Origin: Tubiluchus corallicola
Lineage: Eukaryota > Animalia > Priapulida
DNA length: 64,000 bases
Direction of reading: 5' to 3'
Assembly: GCA_030141605.1 (NCBI GenBank)
Contig: JAQGDQ010000331.1
Span: forward strand, 62,001 to 126,000
Shown: one piece after another, positions 25,401 through 40,400 of the stretch
How positions within the stretch are numbered: position 1 is the stretch's first letter
Layout of the letters: each line of letters opens with the position of its first letter
The notes under the pieces: generated by a model
What the model saw: the letters and a program-made list of their open reading frames with translations, nothing else
What the model was told of the DNA's origin: nothing
Database searches by the model: none
Program-made: the position numbers and the translations under genes

Positions 25401-28400
25401 GCATTGCTTTATTTTAATGGCACACAAGTGCAATAATAATATCAATTGCTATCAATGGAGTTTGGAATATTATATTGCATAAGGCCTGAATCGATTGTCA
25501 AGGAAAAAATTCTGTTATAAGATAGGATCTTACTAACTTTTATAGTAAATTGCTTATCTTTGCAAAGGTTAGGCTCAATGTTGTATTGTTAGTGTAGTTG
25601 TATTTATTGTTTGTGTTAAGCAGTGTTATCTAACACCAGAGATGTGATTTTAGGCTGTCGACTGTATGTATTTCAATGGATTTGACAAATTAGGATCTAG
25701 ATTAGTAGCAAGAATTGCTCGTCGACCTGGTAGGACTGCAGAGGTAAGTAGCAGACTCATACACCTTAGTTCTGCATTTAGCATATATAAATTCAGCATG
25801 CAGTGTTGCATCAAAGCAAAATGTGTGCTACCATCACTGACTAATTTTAATCTTTGCTATTCTTACAATGTGTAAGAACTCTCCTGGGCTTGTAATATCT
25901 TTCACACTAAAAATGTTCAGAAATAACTGCTCAATTTAGTACATTAAAATATAATAAATAATTGAAAGCAAACTAGTTTTGCCAAGGCCATGGAGTGTAA
26001 TTCTATAAAAGCAATTTTATTTACTTTGTCTGGAACATCTCAGATGTATAATAAGATCGTAACTTTAAGCAAAACTCATCATTCAAGATTAGTTGCCCAA
26101 AGTGATCATTATACAACTTCATTTCCTAATTGTAGCACAAAACAGATTGAATTTTGAGATGATTCTTTACTTTGAACAAAAATATCGCATTCAGTTAGCT
26201 GCAACATCACTGTAATTTTATTCACAACATGTGTAATGGCCAATGTTCTAGTAAGCAGGCCTATTAAAGGTGGGCGGGCAGCCAGTGTGCAGCATCAGGC
26301 CCCTTAAAGCCCAAAAATTTGGAACCATGGAAGATTTTTTGTTAATAGCTTTGTTAGAATTGGTAAAACTAGTAACTAAACAAATTTTGCTGAAACATGG
26401 TAGCCTGTGTTTAGCATTTGTATGATTTAATCTTGGTTTTTCATTTTCAGATATGGTTGATGATACGACTACCAGATGGTCGATACTTCCATTATCCTAC
26501 ATTACCCGATACTGTACTTTACAATGTAGCTGAGGAAAACTTTGAAGCTGGAGGATTGAAGTTTGAATTGATAGAACCTTTATGGAAATGGCGATTATCA
26601 TTTAATGGTTTATTAAGGTAACTATGATTATTAAGGCTCGTAGCTAAAATTAAAATGGTGCTACTTCAGAAAATTTTTAGCAATTGTTTTAATATAGTGT
26701 AAAATGTAACAAACATGTGTTTGTTTAATGTTGTAGTTATATTTGAAGATCGGGTGTTGAACGGCCTCTTTTCTTAACTGAAACTTTCTCATAGAGAGAC
26801 AACTGAAAAATTAAGCTGTTGTAGTTCACTTAAAGTCACAGAACTTATTTTTTGGTGATGCAAGGCGTCCTAATTAAATAATTTATGTTTTAAGCACACA
26901 CGCTAAGTTTATCACATCCAAGAAATATAGTACATGGTAATCACATGGCAGTTGTTATAGTGATAAGCACAGTACTTTTCTACCTAGCAGCAGACAATAG
27001 TGTATAACGTGTTATCTCAGACATGTGCGCATGGCTGCATGCGCACAACAGCCGAAGACACGTTGCTTGGGCGTGAAACAAATTGTACTTTCCTCGCGTT
27101 TTCCTGTGCCACACAAGTATAAAAAAGAACTAAAGAAAAAATACCTATCATATTTAATATTATCGATAATAATGAGTGAAAACAGGGGGGCTGCAGTACC
27201 AGAGTACCTATACATGGGCCACCACTGCATTCTACATACTATATGCATTTAAATCCGGTTCCTTTTTTAATTCTCTTTAGTTAGTGTACTTTTAGTAATC
27301 TGCCTCCATCAGGTCAGTTCTGGTTATGAAATGATTGCCAAAAAAGTTAGATGTAAATCAGTATTATATATATATATAAGTCCACTTTTTTTCATGTCCC
27401 TTCGCATGCATTAGAAGACTGGCATCAAATTTGCAAATCTGTATGAGTTTTACTGTTTGCAGTTAAAGGTTACTGTGCAATTTTTTGAGTCGTTTTGTTT
27501 GGCACTTAAGTAGTCCTCTTGAGTCATTTAACTATGCGTACCTCTCCTCGAGTGTTTTAATTGTTGTGGCAAACATTGTATTACAATCACTGCACATTGT
27601 GACAGAAACATTCATTATGTTGTAGAGAAGGTGAGAGACACGAGTGGTCAGAGCAAGATGGAAAACTTGTGCATATCACATTCGCTTTTACGTAAGTTGT
27701 ACATTGTTTTTTTTTTAAATAGCTGCTGTGTAGCGTGACATAGCATAAGCAAGTGGTTACTTCGGAGACGGTTTTCAAAAATTAAATGTCACATTATTGG
27801 TTCAGTCAAGTTTGTTTTGGTTAGATTTTGTATGATGTGAAATCTGTGGTTTGTCATTCTTTACAGATCTGGATAGAAAGTACAGTGTGTCCAAATATAG
27901 ACTTTTTTAAGCCTGCTATCCATTTTAGTACAGTAAAAAAACTTCCTACTTGTTTGCCTCATTTCCCCTGCAAGTGCTTACATATAGTCTAACTATAAAC
28001 ATTATACAGCTGTATCTGTTATTTGGTATTTATTAGGAACTCTAAAACTTCGATATTGCTGATGGTTTGACTATGGATTGTGTGTATGCATACATTCTGT
28101 AAGAATAGCTTTATTTTTGTGTGTTTAGTTGGACAGGTATCTCAGGCAGAGTATATGGTACCGAAGAGTTTAATATACAAACTGCAGCTGATGGCATTGC
28201 TAGGGCCCCATGGTCATGGCAAACATTTAGCAAACTACAAGACCGCAGGCATGTTACTTATTTTTAGCTTTGTGTGTGACACAACATGTGAGATAGGAAA
28301 TTATAAATTTTTTATCAACTCATAACCTATAGAATGTAAGGAAAAGGAAAAATCATTTTTGTGATAAAACTCTAAATTTTGTGCATTGTTTGCTGTTTAA

Positions 28401-31400
28401 ATATTGAGAAAATGTCAGATCGTTGAGAGTCAAGTTTTCCAATAAGTTTATTCGAGCACACATGACAGGTTTTCTTTTTGAATAACTAATTACATTAAGA
28501 AGAAAATTATTTGCATAGTTCACAAAGCTTCAGAGTTTTTTATGTGCATGTTTAAGTAGTTGGTATGTCGACGTTCTTGTATTAGTTTTGTATCTACCAT
28601 TAACTGTTATCATCATAAATTATACTCATCATTTATGAGTCAGTTTCATTGTTTCATGTAGCATATTGCAACTGATATTTTTCTATATTTCTGCATTCTA
28701 GCTTTTATACATTTTTACTACTTGGTATTTTTTTTCATTAATTAAGTTTTATGTATCTAACGAAGAAGATGGAAATATTCTTTTGTATAAGGTAGAAAAA
28801 CATCTATAGCTCTTTCTGTTTTATAGTTGTAGTTATCAGTGCTATGAACAGTGGGGATCAATGATAGGAACCTTAACAGCAGAAAATGAAACACCAAAAG
28901 TAATGCAGTTACAAGGCGCAAGAACTCACAGCTGGAATGTTCTTAACTGGGCTGTCATAGAAAAATACATTTTAATATATGGATACGTAGAAGATGGAAC
29001 GTGTTTTACCTTTGGAATTTTAAGCATACGTGGTTTCTGCAGCCAGTAAGTTTGTACTTTTACGTACTGTGAGTTTACTCAAGTTATTGTTGTTGTAGTG
29101 TCTGTTTTCTAACATTTTCATTTTCTTGCTGGTATCATAGTATTGTAACTTATTATTGAAGTTTCAAGTATTGTTACTTGTGTATGTAGTTTCTAGCGTA
29201 ATCATTTATGAAATCGTAAACCGTTATTTCAGAAAATTCTTATCCTCGTATAAAAAACTGCTATTCATTAAATTTTTATAGTGCAGACTCACATTTGGGA
29301 AGATAGTATAATATTATATGATTTCGTTTTGCTGCATACTAGTTATAGTGACAATTACTTTCCTACGTTATTGGAATCAGGTAATCACTTTGCATGGCTC
29401 AAAATCTGGATGGAGTTATGCAGCTAATCTTGTATATTTGAAATACTATATTAGATAACTTTATTAGAGTAATAGCAGTCTCAAATTCTTGAGTGAAGAT
29501 CAAGGCTAAGTAGTGTTTTCAAACTAGGCCATCTTCTGAAAAACTAAATATTCATAAAGAGCGAAGTGGAACAACAAAACTTATAGCACAGTACAAACTT
29601 ATAGCAAAGAGCATGTAGGCAAATGGCTTTGGTTAGCTAATAAATAGTCTTAGAATGGTACTGGGTTGTCATTGATCAACAGCTGTTTTTATTGCATTAA
29701 TACTAAATTTAAGGGGACTGACTTGTTTCTCAGAAAAGTTTTTTGCCAGAAAAACTTTTTCCCAACAAAAAAAAAATCACAGAAAACTTTTTGCCAAAAA
29801 ATTTACTTGCCCGACAAAAATTCCCAGAAAAGATTTTATGCAGAATTGCCATTTCCCAGAACCCTCATTTCATAGAAAATAAAATTCAAAGAAAATGTAA
29901 CAAATCCTTCTTAAGGTGCAATTAGATAATATGCAATTAAAAGTAGTTTATCTTAACTGGGTGTACTGATTAATGAAGATCATATGTTCAAAAAATTTTG
30001 CCAACAAATTAAGGCAAGAGAGTAGATTTGTAATGTCAGAACGATTAATTAGCTAGCGAATCATGTTGATCTTTGTAAATACACAATAGTGAGTGGCCAC
30101 CACGGTGCCTGGCTATCAAAGTTTCAAAGTGCCGGTGATCACTTATGAATCTCACTATTGAGTAGTTTCTTGTACTGTGATTCCGAATTATTTCGTTCAT
30201 TTCTCGGTTTTTAGAGAAAATGTACGTGCATCAGAATATGAATGTGACACATCTCTGCCAGTTTAGTATTTCATCTCAGAGGATTATCTTGATAATGAAC
30301 TTAAGGTCTGGTCCTGCCATAAAAGAACCTATTAGAAAAGTCTTGCAAAAGAGAATAATCTCTGGGGAAATGTTGGCCCTTAAGATATTCACAAATCCGT
30401 ATAGTTTGCAAAGCCTTGGCATTTTCAGTTTTTGTAATTATTATTAATTTTTATTAAATTTTATTTCAAATCCTATGAAAATCAATTATATTTGAAGTGA
30501 TTATTTACAGCAAATAGTACACTGCAAATTACTTTCAGTTTGATAATGCAATTTCACAATCGTCAAAGCAAATTAAAATTCTAACAATGAAATTTCCAAG
30601 CAAAATATTCTCTAAAACTGGGTTGGCACTCTAAACATTGTGTCGTTTTAAATTATTCTGATTTTTGGTAGTTATTAGTCAAAGCACTGTAGAAAGGTAA
30701 AGGAGAGCAGAAAAAGAAAGAATGAGAGAGGGAGCCAGAGAGGGGAAGAAGGGGAAGGAGAGAGAAACAGAAGGAGAGAGAGCTAAAAGTTGGGAAGAAC
30801 AATATTACGCAACTTGCATGTAGTTTAGTGTAAGTGAAGAAAAGTGACTCTTACTTTGTTTCAGGATGCTGTTTGGGTATGTTCATTTTCCATCTGGTAT
30901 ATGTTGCAATGTGAAATCTAGCACCTTGAAGTTGCCTGAAGTTAGTGATGAACAATTGCCACCCCATCGACTTACTTTCTCTTTGAATGCTGGCAAGTTT
31001 TGCCTATACGTTTTTAATTTTTTATTAAGTAAATTTTTTAATCAATTAAAAATATTATTGAAATAAAAAATTTAATTTTTTTTTAAAATTTTCCTTCTTG
31101 TGAATGTTTTATAATTTGTTCACAATGATACTTGTTCACTATAACAGTTATTTTTGTTATAGGAAAGTCTAAGGCTTCTGGGAAGTTAAGCTTATATCAA
31201 TTTTTTCCAAAAAACGTTGGTATTTGGAAATAAAAAGGGTGGAAATATGGAAATAAAAAAGTAATAAAAGAGTGATAAGCGCTTCGTGTAATTAGTAAGA
31301 TCACTTTGAAATTGCGATCATTTCACGCTTGCACACTCTCGTTTTTCTACCAATGACGAAGTTCATCGACTGTTAATTTCCATCAAAAGTATAATTAGTT

Positions 31401-34400
31401 TTTATGAAAGCTAATTTTGTAATATTTTTGCATGAGCGCTAGGTAGGCTGCAGACGTTTGAATTAGTTTGAGCAGTGTGCATTTATGGGAAACCACGATA
31501 CGCTTACGAAAAGTCACAAAGTCCACCAGTTACGTTGTAATTTTTGAAGTGAACGGCGGCTTACCACCATGCCTGAACATTTTTATACAGCGGTATTATA
31601 AAATAATTCTACACTATTTAAACATTTTTTGCAAATTTCTTTGTTACATTTTTCGAAATTTACTTGATAAGCCCAACATGCTAAGTTACTTGTCCTTTCC
31701 TTTAAAATACATTGTCATTTTAAAATACGTATAGATGCTCATTTTAATAGTACAGTAGGCGCCTCTTAGACTCAATTGCTTAATTGACTCAAAAACGCCT
31801 GGTACGAGCCGTTTCTATTCAAATGTATACAAAAATTGTCAGTAATTGACTCAAATAACTTCGCATAACTGACTCAATATTTTTCCTTCACGTATTTAAA
31901 ATAAATCATTTATCATTGAAGTACCATTTTGTTTGTAAGCAGGTACGTTTATCATGTGCTGCGCTAATACGCTAGCATGGCGGTTTTGCTTTGAATTTGT
32001 TACTTGCTCGTCCACTCGTTACCAAAGAATTTCTGGAAGCTAAACATTTAATCACTTGCCAAACGGTTTCCTTTTGAAGCTCTCATTGCAAATCACGCTT
32101 TCACGCTTAATTAATTAACAGTTAAAGATGCAGGTACTGTAATCAGCCGGTATTCCTTGTGATTTGCAAGAGTAAACCTCATACAACAAATAAGAGCATG
32201 AAGTTAAGAAGTTTGAAAAATGGAGCATAAGAGTAAAGATATAACAGTTAAGGACGAAATCAGCACCATTGCAAGGCAGAGTCAAGATGAACCTACAGAG
32301 GATGACGAAACCACTTGCGAGGAAACAAGCAAGTGCTAAATGTTTTACAAGAATACGTGCATCACACAGCAACTGTTTTTCAACATTTTTTACAATTATG
32401 AAAACTTTGTAAGCCAACTTCTTCGAGAGAAAATGAAGCAGCGGTCTTTGAAGGAATTTTTGTAATTTTTGCAAGTAAACAGACTTGGTGTGATTTAGAA
32501 AAGTATATTTTTTCATTTTTTCTAATTCACCTACTACACTTGAGCAAACAAAGCGTTTATATGCAGAATACTGGCACAGGTGTTTAATGGCAATGTTATT
32601 ATATCATGCAACACTTATCTGCATCATTAATCTAGTTTGCAAGAATGAATGCTCACATTGAACGTGTATTGATTTCTTAGCTCCTATGTAAACATGTAAT
32701 TATCTGGGTGAGTATTAAGACGCGGACTATATTTTTTCTTCTTAAGGATTGGAAACCTGAGGTTAGGCCTAAAAATTTTTTGAAGTAACTTGATGGGATT
32801 AAAGTATTCCCTATATATTATTTAAATGACCTATAATCCTGGTTGTTGTTTATGGAATAATATACGTAATTTAGTTTTTAAATTTATATTAAAAATTACT
32901 GTCTCTCTTAAAACTGAAATTGTTCTTGGAAATCATAAGCCTTATGCCTTTGTATTAAACTGAAAGCTGCAGTGTTAAACTTCACTGAGAAAAATGATCT
33001 CACATGGCAAGAAAATCATTGTTTAATAGGTATAAACTACACCATTGTGTTTTCCAAAGGTCGGACTGTCACTCAAGGAGAAAGGTTGTGTATTGATATT
33101 GTATTGTAAACCAGTTCATTTTTCAATCATGACAATAAAAGGTGTAACTCAAAATCAGTGGGTCAGTTTGATGATTAGCAGAGAAATAAATATTGGTTGT
33201 GTGGTTACTTTCTGCTTCATGTTTATGTGATTATTTTTTTAGAATCTCGAATTTGCAAGGTTGAACTTGATAGCAAGTTTGACCAGCAGATTTTTCAAGG
33301 TTTGCACTGGAGTGCTAAAATCGTTGAACAATTTGTTGATGTGTCTTTTAATTCTTCCAAAGGCTGGGGAATAGCTGAATATCTTTATCATAGGTAAATG
33401 ACTTAATTGTCTTAATGCTCTGATCAAGCATCATTCTACTAGCAGAAAGAACAAAAACAGCTCAAATGTCCTTACTAAGCTACATCATTTTGTTTTAAAG
33501 CTACTGGCAACTGTCCTCATTTAAGTATTTATTGCCTGCAAGTTTATTTGATCTCTCATGCTACAAACATCCGATAGTAGATTAACTGGAGTAGAGTGTT
33601 AGGATGTATATACACTCACATATGGCTGAGACAGCTCTGCTAGTTAGGTGGCTCATCTTTGAGAGGGATATCCTTAAACATGAGTCTTGATCAAACATCT
33701 CATTAAGTAAGCCCTGCTTTGAGTTCCGAATTCTTGCTTACAGTGTGCCAAAGTATATAAAAAACAATCATTTCAATGTAAATTTCCAAAACTGACTACA
33801 TATATCAGAGGATTTAAAAAACAATTTTTAAATTATTTGATATCTACGAGCCAGCTTACAAATAGTAATAATGTTAATAAGTAATTAGTTAATAATAGGC
33901 TAAATGTAATTAGTTAGTTATTGACAAAGAAGTATTGCCAGCATGCATGGATTTGAAATAAGAAAAACCTGGGATTCAAAAATACTTTTTGAAATGATTG
34001 TCTCCTTTCTCTTCGTCTTTTGAAACTTTCTTCCGCTGTAAGTCTAATGGGTAAATCACAACCATTAGAATGAATGAGTTACCAGTGCCTGCTAGCATGC
34101 TTTTTATATTTTATTACACAATATGTAGGGGACATATAACAGCATTTAGCATAAATTATGTTGTGTATGTATTTTGGTCAATAGTGTTTTCTATTCAGAA
34201 ATATGTGGTAGTATAGGAGCATGTTCTTATTATTTATACAAGTGCAATATAACCACAGTGCATGATTAGGTGAGGTTAATAATCGATGCTGCTTAAAGTT
34301 GAGTGATGCGTTATGTCAACCGTTTGTAATTACTAATCAGTTTTAATATAATTATTCACAAACCTGATTAGTGATTATGTATAAGCTAAACTATCATGAG

Positions 34401-37400
34401 CAATATGTTCTTGGTTTTTAACTTCCAACTAGTAAACATTAAAAATTACTTTTCCTTTTATAAATATTGCAACTGTGTCTCTAACATTGACAGCACTTTT
34501 TGCATTGTTGATAGTTATAAAGCTGCAACTTTGCTGCAGGTAGCATGAGGACATCTTGGCAACTTACTCATGTGCATTATCATTTTTTTACTAGTTGAAG
34601 TTTTTGTGTTTATAGGGTTTTACAATTTTATACCTTACTCTTCGCTAAATTTTATCTTGTATTGTTTGTTTTAGAGAAGAGGAAAATTGTCTTGTTCCAA
34701 GGTATCACTCAGTTCCATTGCTGTCAGATCCTTCTTTACCAGGTAACACAACTTTTGGTATATTATTATTACTTCTTGCCCTAAGTTTTACATAAGATGT
34801 TTATCTACATTTCACAAATTTAATTTTCAGATAACTTCAAAGAATTGCATGTAATTCCTTTGGAGATAGAGACATCTTCTTCAATTTTAGTTGGTGGAAA
34901 GGGAACTCAGCTAGCTTTGCTCAAACATTTGTCTGTTAGTACTAATGCAAAGGTAAATAAAACGTTCTTAAAATGAAATATTTGAAGCTGTACTGACCCC
35001 TACTAATAATTTATTTGTATTTTTTCCGGTAAAAGAGGTGTCAGCTGGTGAGAAAAACAATTGTGATTTGTAATAATCAATTGTTAAGGTTAAAGTGATG
35101 TGGTAAACTTGCTGAGGTTATAAATGCTGTTTGTGTTGCTGAAATTTAGCAAAGTTGACACATTAGTTTTGATTATGGACAATCACTCGCATTTGTTGAG
35201 TAAAATTTTTCATCTAAAAACGATGCCGTTGTTTTACAAAGTTACATGCATGCTATTAAATAAACGTATATTATTAACAAAATCTGAAGACATTGTTAAT
35301 GCTTATTTCAAAATGTCATTGATGTGCATGACAAAAAAAAAGTTGCGTAACAGCTATTGAGCTTAGAACTTTCGGCACAAAGTCATTGCACTTTCTTGCA
35401 GCAGTGACATCATGCCAGAACTAAAGCAAAGAAATTCCATGTGTATGAAACTTTTAGTTAGTTGCCAGTATGGTTATCAGCACCGAACAAATTACTGTTT
35501 CAGACCCAATCATACTGTGCATGTGCATGTGTGTGCGCGCTTCAGTGAAGGTGTGCGTGTATGTGTGTGTGTCCCAGTGTATATGATAATTATGGTAGTA
35601 TGATTACAGTAACAACAAGTAAGTGCTTTGTAACTAATCTTACTCTTTGTCAGCTTTTTATAGTTCCAAATGCTTTGCTAGTGACAGTGAACATGTATCA
35701 GTTGCAGTTAGCTAGCACTCCACTAGTAAAAGCTAAGATACAAACTCTTCACGAAAGTTGCAAGTGAGTATACATCAACTACCCAAAGTGCTATATAAAA
35801 GTTTTTGTGGTGCTTGCTTTTTTCTTTAGCTCTGACCATATGATTAGAGAAATTTCGGTAAAACTTGTACAGTTGTCATTCCACAAACGTTAGAGTGACT
35901 TTTTTTAATATAACATTAGTTTTAAAGGGAAACATATATGGAAAGTGGAATGAGAAGTTATAATAATAAGATGTCAATCATGCCTTTCTTTCATTTGGTG
36001 TTCATCTCTCTTCTAATTGGACCATTAGCGTGCAATGTTTCAATTTCTTTACAACGTAGGCCTTTTTCCACATTTTTAGTTATATTTTCTTGCAAATTAA
36101 CTGTCTTCTGCAATTTGTAAACCATTCAAAGTTTTAACAAATTAATTAAATGTATTAGTTAATGAGTAATCCTAGTGATGTTGAGGTGTTGGCTTTTGAG
36201 TTAGTATTTTTTAATTATCATTTTAAATTCTATTGTATTTATGTTGATTCATTAAAACTAACACCCTTTGTTGCTCTTTTTTTCAGCTCTCTTACCAAAT
36301 TGAAAATTGCCTGTGATAACCTTGTAGAGGAAATTAGCAGTTGTTTGCTGTGTTTCGAAGCCAGACAGAAGATTGCAGATGAAATGGAGCAAGAGTTTGG
36401 ATACGACTGGACAAATAAGCAGTTTTCTGTTCGTTCGTCAGCTGTCGGAGAAGATGGTTTGGAAGCATCCAGTGCCGGGATGATGGCCTCTTTTTTGGGA
36501 GTAAAAGGGAGTGACAATGTAAGTTTGGAGAAATTATTATTACAACAGACTTTTGTATTTGTTTTTGAGACTGAACGTTATTACAATATGTACATATTTG
36601 TTGCATTTAACTGATTACTGTGCTTTTTAGTTATATGAAGCTGTTGTGAAATGCTGGGCTTCTTTGTTTTCTCTTGATGCAGTGCAGTACAGAAGGTAAA
36701 TCATTATATTCTTTTATTTGTTTCTGGTCCTTCTGATATTTTGCACTTTTTTGTTTTTACTGGTTTTACTTTTTTGTGATATAGTTTTCTGTTCCAGAGT
36801 AGAAAATATATAAAACTTAAAATATGGCAGTACTTTAATTTTAATCAGCTGTCAAAGCTTTTAAATTTTAGGAAATCAGTGAAGAAGAGACTTATTTAGT
36901 AACTAGTTATATTAACTTGTGCACAATCCAGTGATTTTTTTCAAAATTGATTGTATGTGGTATTTCAAGAAATAATTAAGCTTCATCGTTAACCCATAGT
37001 AGATAGATATTAAACTATATTAGAAACTGTCGCATTTTTCATATCTTGCTTCTATGGCACTTGCTGCCCAATCTAAATTGCAGATATAGTATTTTTATTT
37101 TTTTTATTCTTCTTTGCTTGATAACTGTAAACACACAGGCACAGAGAACTTTGTTCATACTCCTTGCAGAAACTAAAATTGTATGATGTGCTGATCCAAG
37201 TTCAGTACAAGTGCAGGGGTATGATTTCTGTCTCCGTCCAGACTTAACTTCCTAGTGCAAATCGAAAACTGAAACATAAATTGAAAACTGAAGTACTGAA
37301 AACCTGTCATCAATTTTGTACACTGATTTTTTTGCGTTGGTGATGTCTTGTTGGTTAAAATTGTCTCTTTGCAGCTGATTTTAAAATTATTAAATATTCT

Positions 37401-40400
37401 TTCACCTTATGGTGTTAATAAACATGAAATGCACATACTTTACTTACCTTTTCTTCTTTAGAAATCACGGTCAACCAATAACTGTTGATATGGGAGTTTG
37501 TATACAAGAAATGGTTACTGCGGAATGCGCAGGTGTCTTGTTTACTAGAGATCCAGTTACTGGAAACCCTGGGATTATGACAATAAATGTGTCCTATGGC
37601 TTAGGAGAGGTACAAAAACTTAAGCTTGCTTATTAAAAATTAGTATTAATTGTTTTTGAATGAATCATTAATAATTCCCTTTAAATGCCATTTATTTTTG
37701 AAGGCACTTTTATCTTATAAAAAGCGATTTGCCAGTTAATAAATTGCTGTTATTTTGAACAGGCTGTGGTGTCTGGTGTGACTGAGCCAGACACTATATT
37801 CCTAAAGAGAGCTTTTAATAACAGGTTGGCTGTCAAGGAGAAGGTAATTGGTAGCAAAAAGACTAAAATTGACATATCAGGTATTATTGGTCATTTATCA
37901 GTACTAACTTTCAACTTATTTTTCATTGTGAAGATTTACTAAAATTAAGTGATTGAATGAATGTTGAAGTGACTGTATGTTGATTTCACTATATTGACTG
38001 TTTCAGATAGTACAGAGGGAGGAACAATAAATATCAATGTAGCTGAAAACGATGCGTCAAAATGTTGCTTGACAGATGACTTGGCTTTACAACTAGGAAA
38101 AATTGGGATATTGGTATGATAATTTGCATAATGAATTCCAGTACCTACCACTGTGTTTAGTCTTGATCGTATTATATATGTAACCCGCAATCTTTTTGAA
38201 TACTTAACAGAGTAGCCTGTGTCCTGGGGTAATATTCTTTCAAATGTGTTTTTAGTTGCTTGAATGTGCTTCGTTTATGTTATAATTAACTGTTTTGTTT
38301 TGGTTCAAATGCATCTTAGTACAGAGTGTTCTTAGCAATCAAGGCAACACCAAAAAATCTGTCAGAAAAAATTAAATATATAGAGGTTTTGGTGTTTAGC
38401 AAATAATCTAGTACTAAGTTCATCTAAGACTAAGGAGCTTATTCTTTATCTATATGACAGTCCTGTTCATATCCCAGTTTTTGTTTCTGACTCTTTTGTT
38501 GAAATTCGTGATGAGGTCAAGTACTTGTCATAATCTTCCTTTTTTAGCCATGGTGCCATGGTGATTATGCAGTTTCTAAGCATACTAAGAAACTTTTTTC
38601 TGTTTTTGAGATACTTAAGAAGTTTGGTGTTAGTATCAATGCATTCGTTTTATAAGTCAACGATTGAGAGTGTAATTTACTACCATTTGGTTAGCTCTTT
38701 CAATTCACTAACTATTGAAAATAAAAAAATAAAATCTGTCCTTTAACTAAACAAGGAGAAAAGGTAATAGGATTTCTTGTTGTACATCACAATAGTCTCT
38801 ACAATAGGACAGCCTTGATAAATGTCAAAGACGTTGTTGTGAATCCTGCACATCCTTTATGAAATTTTGTTCTTAACAGTGTGTTTTTATATACTTTAAA
38901 ACTCACCCTATTTTAACCTCACTCGTTGTGTTGAGTGTACTTGTTTTTGATAGCTCTATCTTTTTACTCAATTCTGTAACTGCAACTAGTTTTTATGGTG
39001 ATTTTTGTTTCTATTTGTTCTTTTGCTGTAAGCAAAACAACAAAATTCCCTTCAGGGTACTCATAAAAATCTTAATCTTCATTGATAATGCTTATCAATA
39101 TTTTATTGTTATTGTTTTGCAAATATGATTGTTTGAAATAGATTGTGCACACTCGGAACAGAATGTATGTCTAATGTCAGCTGATTTATTTGCTATAACA
39201 GACTAATACATCACTTAGTTTGTTTTAATTGTTTAATAGCAAAAATTATTGTTTTTTTTTGCAGTTCACTAATGCTCTAGAATCAATTGGTAATGTTTGT
39301 AAATTGTAAGATTGTCGTAAATTAATTATTCCTCCATTTTTAATTTAGAGTTAATTAGTGTTCAAATTATATCAGTCTTATAAAAAGTTTTGGTGCCAGT
39401 AACTGTAGTGGTAAATTGAGAATTATGGTAAGGTGAAATGGGCACCTTACCTTAATTTTGTAGCTGGACACTTGGTTTGTGAAGAAAGTGAGCAGTTAGA
39501 AAGACCTTTCAATGTAAGCATAGTGTAAAAGTGTCCATGAGTCAGCGAGTGAGTGTATGATCTTTAAAATGCAGGAAAGTGAGTCAGTAACTAGCCTTCT
39601 TCTCAAAAGCCACTAAACTAAAACTCTCTAGACTACTGAATATATTGCTTTAAATGGCTACACCTTTACTTACTACAGTAAAATACAAACTTGCCTTGAT
39701 TTGAACTGTATCAGTACTCAATTGATGACTGGATAGAGCAAGAAGTTTATGAGAAGAAATCTTGTAAAAGAAGTATAGTGGTATTAATATATATATATTG
39801 CGTATATGTACATATATAGCATATATGTGTGTGTATGTGCGTGCATGCGTGCATGTGTGTGTATAAACCATTGACACTAAATTTGTTAATGCAAATATGT
39901 TTTGCAATTACAGGTGGAGCAGTCATTTTCGGATCCTCGGGATATTGAATTTGCTGTAAAAGACAATGAGATATACCTGTTGCAAGCTCGTCCTATCACA
40001 TCCTTTAATATTGAATCTGATTTTGAAATACTGCATGAATTCGATGCGGGAATTTTATCTAACGAAGAATTACTGACGACGGGAAACACTGGGTAATTTA
40101 AATGCAAATTATTATTCGTATGCGTTCACAGTAGCATAGCATTCAAAATGTTAAAAATGAAGCAACTTATGTTATCAATGCAAGATAAATATTTGCCTTA
40201 ATAAACATTTTTCAAATTAATGATAATTTTTTTCTTCTTTGCATTTTCAAACTGTGTGTAGCCCTTAAAATTGTATACAAATTTATGCTATGTTTGTTGT
40301 AGAGAAGTCCTGCCTCGAGCTGTTACACCACTGACATCATCTCTTTGCAAAATGGTGGAATTTGGATCTCAGGTAATGAATTTTGTTTTGTTTATTGCAA

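Noticed and set aside
26795-26853. Alternative candidate for paralog 2 exon 5
   Set aside because: Poor donor; 27626-27691 has better splice sites and a more plausible sequence (GKLVHITFAF).
27023-27046. 10-bp GC-rich hairpin tgtgcgcatg-gctg-catgcgcaca as a Helitron end or terminator
   Set aside because: No correctly spaced CTRR end, and prokaryotic terminators do not apply here.
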